DNA of 64,000 nt from a virus. The DNA is taken from IMG/VR virus record IMGVR_UViG_3300048606_000091. One strand, 5' to 3'. Shown here in pieces: positions 8,675 through 14,741 of this stretch; position 1 is the first letter of the stretch; the number at the start of each line of letters is the position of its first letter. Under the pieces are notes generated by a model. The model was not told where the DNA came from. It worked only from the letters and a program-made list of their open reading frames with translations, and did not search any database. A program made the translations under genes and the position numbers.

Positions 8675-8973
8675 GGTCGTGTCCTACCCCACGCTGGGAT
8701 CTCTTCACGAAAGGACGACCGAACAGACGGATCAAATCGCTGTGCCTCCACCGCTGCCGAGACCAACCGCTGGGCCAACGCGAGCGCTTCCGCTGGAGTG
8801 AACGACTTGGAGATCTCGAAATCGTTCATGTCCTCGTCATAGTACATGAAAGTGTAGTCAATCAGCGGGTCACCCGGGCGGAGCCAGAGCGTGACGTCGC
8901 CCTCGAACCCCACGTCAATGCCCTCCAGAGACTCCGTGCCGGCCAACAGAGGGACTGTGATGTCACGATTCAT
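8671..8973 (-). CDS. hypothetical protein, paralog of N-terminal half of 8963-9568
   Basis: GGAGG RBS before ATG 8973; TPAEALALAQRL motif. Confidence 0.7.
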   Translation of the reverse strand: MNRDITVPLLAGTESLEGIDVGFEGDVTLWLRPGDPLIDYTFMYYDEDMNDFEISKSFTPAEALALAQRLVSAAVEAQRFDPSVRSSFREEIPAWGRTRP

Positions 8974-9568
8974 GATCGTGTCCTCCAAAGACGCCGAAGC
9001 CGTTCTGGACCACCCACGTCTCGACGACCAGCTTGGACAGGTACAGCCCGCGCGCATCGCCGGGTCCGTCTCCGGTCCACAAGCGGAACACCTCAGCCAG
9101 CCGCGCGTCATGCTCGCGGGCTCCCTCAGCGCCGGTAAAACGGGCCAATCGCAGAGCCTTGATCAAGTAGATCTTCAGCGATGACGTGTCCGGCTTGGAC
9201 TTCACGACGGCGCTAAGCATCAAGTCAACCGACGCCGCGTCCGAGATCACCTGCTCAGCAGCCGCCTCAGGAACGATCGGGTGCGAACCCGGAGCACGCG
9301 AGGTGCTCTCCACCGCTGAGAGCAGCCGCTGGGCCAGCGCGTACGCCTCCGATGGAGTCATGTACTTGGTGACCTGATGCTCGTAGTCATCCATATCGAT
9401 CCAAAGGAAACGCAGCTCCACCTCGGGACCGCCGCCGCGATACCAGGCGACTACATCCTCGTCGAACTGCACACGAGAATGGGAGACGTTGCCCAGACCA
9501 CGGCCACCAGAGCTGCTGGAAACGGGAAGGACTAGGGGCACTTCAACGGTGCGATGTGTGTTCGTCAT
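8963..9568 (-). CDS. hypothetical protein, leaderless MTNT class
   Basis: TTGCTA-N18-TAGTAT-N6-ATGACGAAC; TPSEAYALAQRL motif. Confidence 0.75.
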   Translation of the reverse strand: MTNTHRTVEVPLVLPVSSSSGGRGLGNVSHSRVQFDEDVVAWYRGGGPEVELRFLWIDMDDYEHQVTKYMTPSEAYALAQRLLSAVESTSRAPGSHPIVPEAAAEQVISDAASVDLMLSAVVKSKPDTSSLKIYLIKALRLARFTGAEGAREHDARLAEVFRLWTGDGPGDARGLYLSKLVVETWVVQNGFGVFGGHDHES

Positions 9569-9607
9569 GCCTACATACTACCACAAAGTCAGCAAGGATA
9601 GCAAGTG

Positions 9608-9679
9608 TGACCCCTCCAGGAATTGAACCTGGCGCCTCTGCCGTGTCGGGGCAGCGTGCAGCCGATACACCTAGGAGTC
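9608..9679 (-). tRNA. tRNA-Val(GAC)
   Basis: acceptor GACTCCT/AGGGGTC, stem CTGCC/GGCAG, loop CC-GAC-AC, T-loop TTCAATT. Confidence 0.85.
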
Positions 9680-9694
9680 GAACGCCAGAGACTT

Positions 9695-9750
9695 TGCACC
9701 GGCAGGGAGTCGAACCCAGCCTCTGACTTGGGAGCCGTCGACTGCTCCCC
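9695..9750 (-). pseudogene. 3' half tRNA-like remnant
   Basis: GGG-TTCGACT-CCC T-arm and CCGGTGC-A end, no matching 5' acceptor strand. Confidence 0.45.
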
Positions 9751-9751
9751 G

Positions 9752-9826
9752 TGTTCCTGGCTGGAATTGAACCAGCGTTCTCTTCCTTCGCAGGGAAGCG
9801 TGATATCCAGACTTCACCACAGGAAC
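9752..9826 (-). tRNA. tRNA-Arg(GCG)
   Basis: acceptor GTTCCTG/CAGGAAC, stem CTTCC/GGAAG, loop CT-GCG-AA. Confidence 0.9.
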
Positions 9827-9828
9827 AT

Positions 9829-9898
9829 TGGTGGACCTGACCGGCATGGGAGCCGGCGACCTCCCTCAATCGGGTGCTCTACCCTGAGCTACAGGCCC
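9829..9898 (-). ncRNA. tRNA-like RNA with shortened anticodon arm and encoded ACCA
   Basis: acceptor GGGCCTG/CAGGTCC-ACCA, normal D-arm, 12-nt anticodon arm, aberrant T-loop. Confidence 0.6.
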
Positions 9899-9910
9899 TT
9901 GTCTAAAGAA

Positions 9911-10005
9911 GTCAGGGTGAGCAAGGTTACCTGGCTCTGCCAGCCTTGCTCAACGTGCTGAATTACCCGCTAGAACCTGCGCTCTAGGATTCAACACTCC
10001 CTGAC
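9911..10005 (-). ncRNA. candidate 95-nt three-way-junction structured RNA
   Basis: closing GTCAGGG/CCCTGAC; arms GTGTTGAAT/ATTCAGCAC and TGAGCAAGG/CCTTGCTCA, each with a nested hairpin. Confidence 0.6.
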
Positions 10006-10008
10006 CAG

Positions 10009-10080
10009 TACCCCCGGTTGGACTTGAACCAACAACCCTTCCTTTAAGAGAGGAATGCTCTGCATTGGAGCTACGAGGGC
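10009..10080 (-). tRNA. tRNA-Lys(CTT)
   Basis: acceptor GCCCTCG/CGGGGGT, stem TTCCT/AGGAA, loop CT-CTT-AA. Confidence 0.9.
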
Positions 10081-10156
10081 TTGACTTATTTAGTTGTAAA
10101 AAGGTGCGGCAGCTGCCCGTGTTAGGGGCTTAGAGGTCCGTCACCCGCAGGTGGCC

Positions 10157-10264
10157 TCCGGAGGCGCCGTAACTCCCGGTCTTGCTGGGGTGCCTGCTCC
10201 CAGGCTACACGCACCGGGTGAGTGTCCCCAACCGATGACTTACGCCGGGCCCCGTAGCTCCGGA
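10157..10264 (-). ncRNA. candidate structured RNA at the head of the tRNA operon
   Basis: TCCGGAG/CTCCGGA closing stem, CCCGG/CCGGG inner stem, internal hairpins; no ORF; directly below two promoters. Confidence 0.4.
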
Positions 10265-10282
10265 AGTTTTTGTTGTAAAAGA

Positions 10283-10342
10283 ACAGTACCACGACTTGCT
10301 GGCCTTGTCAACACTTTGCTTGCTTGACACCTGATACTACCC
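10283..10342 (-). promoter_or_regulatory. tandem promoters of the tRNA/ncRNA operon
   Basis: TTGACA(10306-10311)-N17-TACTGT(10283-10288) and GGGTAGTAT(10334-10342). Confidence 0.65.
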
Positions 10343-10445
10343 GCTGCGGGCGGGGATGCAACCGGGTTACCAGCGTGCGCACGTCGATGACACCAGCCAG
10401 CCGAGCGCGGCCAGGTCAAACAGGAACCACAGCAACAGCTCCACG

Positions 10446-10775
10446 TCAGCCGTACTTGTTCGGTGTCGGCTCGGGGAGGTGGAACTCACGGATGTCCCAC
10501 GTCTTGCCCTGTTGCGCGGCGTAGACCATCTCCGCCTTAGTCGAGGTGCCGACGTAGCCGTGCTGATTCGTCACGACGATGACCTCTTCGGCCATGTCGA
10601 TCTTCACCCGGTGCAGCTGGTCGAGCATCCGCTTGAAATCGGATCCCTGGTGCTCCTGCGCCACCACCGAGAAGGGCGCGAGCACGATATTTCCCTTCGC
10701 GGTCTCGTCCGCCGCTACCTGCAGCATCTGCGGAAAGAACTTCATGCTCCCACACAGCGTCACGATCTTAGTCAT
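10446..10775 (-). CDS. nucleoside 2-deoxyribosyltransferase-like small protein
   Basis: VTLCGSMKF...KIDMAEEVIVV...GYVGTST..E pattern. Confidence 0.6.
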   Translation of the reverse strand: MTKIVTLCGSMKFFPQMLQVAADETAKGNIVLAPFSVVAQEHQGSDFKRMLDQLHRVKIDMAEEVIVVTNQHGYVGTSTKAEMVYAAQQGKTWDIREFHLPEPTPNKYG

Positions 10776-11061
10776 GTTGGCGGTCCAGCACGATGCTCAT
10801 CAGGTCATCCCGTACGGGCGTGGCGGCGCGTCGCTGCACCTGTCGGCGGAACTCCACCAGCGTGGCCGTGATGACCTCGGCGGTGCCCAGCCAACCGTCC
10901 ACCGGATCATAGCCGTCCCGACTGGAGTTGATCGGCACCCCGTCCAGCTCCAACATGCCATTGTCATAGGCCACCACCCGAATGGTCAGCTCCAGACCCT
11001 TGTCGCGTGGGGTCCGCTCCACGTGCATGGTCCGGCGGATGCGATCGACCGAAGCGCCCAT
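10768..11061 (-). CDS. hypothetical protein
   Basis: AAGGAG RBS before ATG 11061. Confidence 0.65.
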   Translation of the reverse strand: MGASVDRIRRTMHVERTPRDKGLELTIRVVAYDNGMLELDGVPINSSRDGYDPVDGWLGTAEVITATLVEFRRQVQRRAATPVRDDLMSIVLDRQHD

Positions 11062-11486
11062 CAGCTGTTTCTCTCCTTCTCCACAGACTTCTTCACATTG
11101 GCGGCGACCGATGGATCGGCACCGCACATATGGCAGTTGCCACGATCGACCAGAGCCTTGTCCAACTCGAACTGTCGATTCTTCTCACTACGGCGGTCAG
11201 CAGCGCGCCGCTCCTGCACGTTGTAGCGCCACACACCCAAGAGAATGAGCAGCACCACCCCCAGGCAGATGGACAAGATGACGATGGCCAACCAGCCGGA
11301 CGACGGGATCCCGAGCACGTGGGTGTTCCATTCCTCGGCGCGCGCCAGATTCTTCTGATAGACGCTTTCCGCATCTCGGTGGATCTTCTCGACATCCGCC
11401 GGGGATGAACACCCGGATAGCGCAATCAGCGCGAGCACGGCGATGACAGCGGCCAGGCGGGCACCGAGAGCGCACGCGCGGATCAC
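11061..11486 (-). CDS. putative lipoprotein/membrane protein with C-terminal CxxC
   Basis: LSGC lipobox-like motif, second TM, CHMC. Confidence 0.7.
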   Translation of the reverse strand: MIRACALGARLAAVIAVLALIALSGCSSPADVEKIHRDAESVYQKNLARAEEWNTHVLGIPSSGWLAIVILSICLGVVLLILLGVWRYNVQERRAADRRSEKNRQFELDKALVDRGNCHMCGADPSVAANVKKSVEKERNS

Positions 11487-12181
11487 TTGTCGTCCTTCTT
11501 CTCACCCAGCTTGGTGTTGATGAAGTCCAGACCGCGCTCCGCGAATCCAAAGATCTTCTCCACGATGTCATCGACGGGATCGACATTGGGCGGTGGCGGC
11601 GTAACCGGAGTCTCGGTACTGGACTTAGTCATGCGGGCAGCGGTCAGCTTCCGGTTGAGAGTACTGACCTCTTCCTGCAGCAAGGAAATACGGGACTGCA
11701 GAACACCCTCCCGGCGAGCCGCATCGGCCAGCGTAGAAAGCTCGGCGCCGCGCAGCCGCACGATCTCATCGCGCACCGCAACCACCCGAGCGGTCAGCGC
11801 GCCAATGTCCTCGCCAGTGATGGCAGGCAGCGATTTGCCTCGACTCACCTCTTGATAGAAGTCGATGATCAGCTGCGCATCAGGTAGCGGGTGCGGCAAC
11901 ACCGGAGGAGAGACCGGCTGTGTGGGCGCCAGACGCGCTACCTTGCCGGCCAGCTGGCCAAGCTCGATGGCCAGATCCGCAGCCGCTGGCAAGCGCTCAG
12001 AGGCCGGGGCTGCGGCTTGAGCAGCCTCCAAGGCACGGACCATCTTCTCCCGGAGCGCATCAGCCTGCGCAGTGGATGTCCCGGAGCGGCCGGACGGGTG
12101 AAGGAATCCCGGAGCGGACCAGATGTGCGGATGGGCGGCAGCCAGTGCCGCATCGACCATGTCAACAGTGATGTTCGTCAT
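11483..12181 (-). CDS. coiled-coil hypothetical protein, MTN class
   Basis: GGGTAGGAC-N6-ATGACGAAC; heptad region near C-terminus. Confidence 0.75.
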   Translation of the reverse strand: MTNITVDMVDAALAAAHPHIWSAPGFLHPSGRSGTSTAQADALREKMVRALEAAQAAAPASERLPAAADLAIELGQLAGKVARLAPTQPVSPPVLPHPLPDAQLIIDFYQEVSRGKSLPAITGEDIGALTARVVAVRDEIVRLRGAELSTLADAARREGVLQSRISLLQEEVSTLNRKLTAARMTKSSTETPVTPPPPNVDPVDDIVEKIFGFAERGLDFINTKLGEKKDDK

Positions 12182-12214
12182 GCCTCTGTCCTACCCTCTG
12201 AGCTGGAGATAGAA

Positions 12215-12251
12215 CAGCACCCCTCGATCATTTCAGAACCGAGGGGTGCTG
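12215..12251 (-). terminator. intrinsic terminator closing the RAMP unit
   Basis: 12-bp inverted repeat CAGCACCCCTCG/CGAGGGGTGCTG followed by TTCTAT on minus strand. Confidence 0.7.
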
Positions 12252-12267
12252 GCCTACTTGATCATCC

Positions 12268-13155
12268 CTAGGCGTTAGCCGAGACCTTGCCATTCGTTGC
12301 CGCTTTGACAGCGGCCGGCTTGCGCTGAGCTGGAACCTTGGGAGCGGCCGGAACCTTGACAGCGGCCTTGGCCTTGCGATTCGCCAGGTACGCCACCGAC
12401 GTGCCGCCGGTGACCAGTGCGCCACCCGGACCGGTCGGGATCTGCTTGAATCCGGTCACCCTGAACTTGCCGTAACTTTGTGAGCGGCTGGCCCCGATGC
12501 CCTGCTCCTCGCCGGTCAGGAAGATCATCGCCCAGTCCCGCTCGGAGATCTCCCAGTCGGTGAGGACGGTGAACTCCAGCACCGCATCGTTGACAACATC
12601 CTCGTATTGAATTCCAGTCCCTCTCCAAGTGTGCACGAACCGCTGCACGGTCTCGGAAGCCTCGTACACGCGGGCACCCTCGGGGCCCAGGAACACCACG
12701 GTGTCGTCGACCACGACGTGCTCGGCCACGAAGCTCTGGATGCCCTTGTTTGTCGTGCCCCATCCTCGTGAGACCAGCTTGTCCGCCGCGACCGCGACAT
12801 TCACGGCCTCCTTCAGCATGGCCTTGACCTGTCGACCCTCGACATAGAAACCGCGCGGCGGCAGCGGGTTGCCCTCTTCGTCCTCGCGCTTGAGTTCGCG
12901 CTTGAAGCTGTTGAGGTGCCGCTTGTCGTTGACAGCCTCGGTGGCCTCTTCGACCGAGACACCCATCTCGGCCATGACCTTTGCGACCTGGTCACGGATG
13001 ACGTCGTCGCTCTGCTCGCCCAGCTTGGTGCGCAGCCATCCCTCGGCCACGTTCTTGTTCACTGGTACGCCACCCGCGATGACCGGGACGGTCAGCTGCA
13101 CGTGGTACTTGAACGGCCACGCCTCGCCACGGAACTGCTCGAAAACCGAATCCAT
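12268..13155 (-). CDS. RAMP superfamily, Cas7/Csm3-like RNA-binding protein with Lys/Ala/Pro tail
   Basis: N-terminal YHVQLTVPVIAGG strand, FYVEGRQVKAMLKEA core, C-terminal G-rich loop GIGASRSQSYGKFRV; GGAGGAG RBS. Confidence 0.75.
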   Translation of the reverse strand: MDSVFEQFRGEAWPFKYHVQLTVPVIAGGVPVNKNVAEGWLRTKLGEQSDDVIRDQVAKVMAEMGVSVEEATEAVNDKRHLNSFKRELKREDEEGNPLPPRGFYVEGRQVKAMLKEAVNVAVAADKLVSRGWGTTNKGIQSFVAEHVVVDDTVVFLGPEGARVYEASETVQRFVHTWRGTGIQYEDVVNDAVLEFTVLTDWEISERDWAMIFLTGEEQGIGASRSQSYGKFRVTGFKQIPTGPGGALVTGGTSVAYLANRKAKAAVKVPAAPKVPAQRKPAAVKAATNGKVSANA

Positions 13156-13208
13156 TATGTTTGCTCCTCCAGGGAATCACAGAACTTGCTTCCGAAACCT
13201 CATACCCG

Positions 13209-13766
13209 CTAGGCAGAAACGTCGTTAACCGCACCGCCTCGATTAACAAGAGAGCGATACATGCGGTTGTATTGCTCTTCAGAAAAGACCTCACCGACCG
13301 TGCGATCTCCCAGTCGATCCGCCACCGCCTTGTGGAACGCAGCCTGCATGAGCGCCCGGTCCGCCGAGATGGAATAGCGCTCCGCGACGAACAGGCAATC
13401 GGTGCGATTCATGTCTCGTACTTGTCGCTGGGTGTCCAGACCGTCCACCACGTATCGGACAGAGAACGGGGACAGCACCGAGACATCTCCGGTCTGGGTG
13501 AACTCCCGGGCGGCCTTGCCGAACGCTCCGGCGGCGGCGTGCTTGCGCGCCCGGGACCGGCGCTGCCGGATGATGCTGGTGATGGCGTCCCGAACGATGG
13601 CCTCCGCGTGCTGGTCCAGCCAGGCGGCCAGCAGCTCCGGGTCCTCGGTGCGCAGCTGAGCCAACAGCCGAGCCGCCACTGAAGACGGAATGATGTCTTC
13701 GTCCACACCAATTGCTGCGTTGATGATATCGCTGAATTGGTTATCAATACGTGATGGATCGCTCAC
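13209..13766 (-). CDS. 185-aa helical protein, putative accessory of the RAMP/array unit
   Basis: lies between array 2 and the RAMP gene; GGGTAGAAC-N6-GTG; basic patch RQRRSRARKH. Confidence 0.75.
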   Translation of the reverse strand: MSDPSRIDNQFSDIINAAIGVDEDIIPSSVAARLLAQLRTEDPELLAAWLDQHAEAIVRDAITSIIRQRRSRARKHAAAGAFGKAAREFTQTGDVSVLSPFSVRYVVDGLDTQRQVRDMNRTDCLFVAERYSISADRALMQAAFHKAVADRLGDRTVGEVFSEEQYNRMYRSLVNRGGAVNDVSA

Positions 13767-13784
13767 GAAGCTGTTCTACCCAAA

Positions 13785-14605
13785 GGAGAGTCGGGTGGGG
13801 TGGCGGGGACTGTGTCTTGGGAAGTCGTGTGGAGTGGCCGGGGCTGTGGCGGGAAGCGGCGGGTGGGGAAGGGAAGTCGGATGGCGAGGGCGGGCGTGCT
13901 TCTGGTGTGGAACGTCGGTATGGCGAGGGGAGCCGAGAGCAGGCACGGATAGTCATCAGGGTTGGTGAGGCCGGACAGGACTAGGATTGTCAATCGGCTT
14001 GGCCTGAGACGTGCCGGCTTGCGAAGTCGAATGGGCTGGCCTGAGCCGAGCTGGATAGTCGGCTGGGGAGATCTGGGTCGGGGCGCGGGGGGCCGGGTAG
14101 GCGTGCGAAGTCATGAGGATCGGTCGGGGTCAATCGGGATAGTCGGCAGCGCGGATCGGGATGAGCAGGCATGGAAAGTCGAATGGCGGGGGCTGGAGTG
14201 AGCTGAAGCGGTTAGTCATCTGGCGGGGGCCGGGGAGCAAAGAGGAGGACTTGCCTAGTCAGCAGGGCAGGGTTGTCTAGGTGGAGGCATGGGAAGTCGG
14301 AGGGGGCGGGGAACGGATTGTCCTGCGGAGACCTGGGAAGTCGGGTTGACCAGGGGTGACGAAACGAAGGGAAGTCGATTGGCATGGAGAGGCAGGGGGT
14401 GAGAAGCGTAGTCATCAGGATAGGAGTGAAGGTGGGCAGCGCTGAAGCTGGGCTAGATAGTCAATAGGTGCGGATTGCCTGGTGAAGGCAAGGAAAGTCG
14501 AAATGACTGGTGTAGTAGCGGCTCGGGTCGTCGAAAGGGCCAGATATGGAAGGAAAGGGTCTGTCACGTGAGCTGGGATGGAGAGCAGATGGGAAGGAAA
14601 GTCAC
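13785..14605. repeat. pentamer-phased repeat array 2 (about 21 units)
   Basis: 22 anchors GG(G/A)WWGTCR; most spacings 32-33, 37-38, 43 or 52 nt; e.g. GGTAT GGCGA GGGGA GCCGA GAGCA GGCAC GGATA-GTC (13917-13954). Confidence 0.9.
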
Positions 14606-14677
14606 GCGAACGGAGGCGTTTAAGCGATGCCCCAGGTGGGGACTCAGACGCACCGGTACCTCAGCTCCGGCACCGAT

Positions 14678-14686
14678 GTACTACCC
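14678..14686 (-). promoter_or_regulatory. candidate promoter for array 2 / RAMP unit
   Basis: GGGTAGTAC with no start codon downstream, just below the helicase terminator. Confidence 0.5.
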
Positions 14687-14700
14687 AGCAAACAAAGGAA

Positions 14701-14730
14701 AGCCCGGCTGACCCCCACTCCAGCCGGGCT
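14701..14730 (-). terminator. intrinsic terminator after the helicase gene
   Basis: 10-bp inverted repeat AGCCCGGCTG/CAGCCGGGCT followed by TTCCTTTGTTT on minus strand. Confidence 0.75.
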
Positions 14731-14741
14731 CTTCTTATGTC

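Noticed and set aside
10157-10264. SRP (4.5S) or 5S rRNA
   Set aside because: The conserved SRP domain IV motif and 5S loop sequences were not found; kept only as an unknown ncRNA candidate.
13744-14415. Short ORFs over array 2
   Set aside because: Same reasoning as for array 1; low-complexity translations on both strands.
13785-14605. Canonical CRISPR array
   Set aside because: No 23-47 nt near-identical direct repeats. The conserved part is only about 8-9 nt, the intervening segments are themselves patterned, and no cas1 or cas2 is present.
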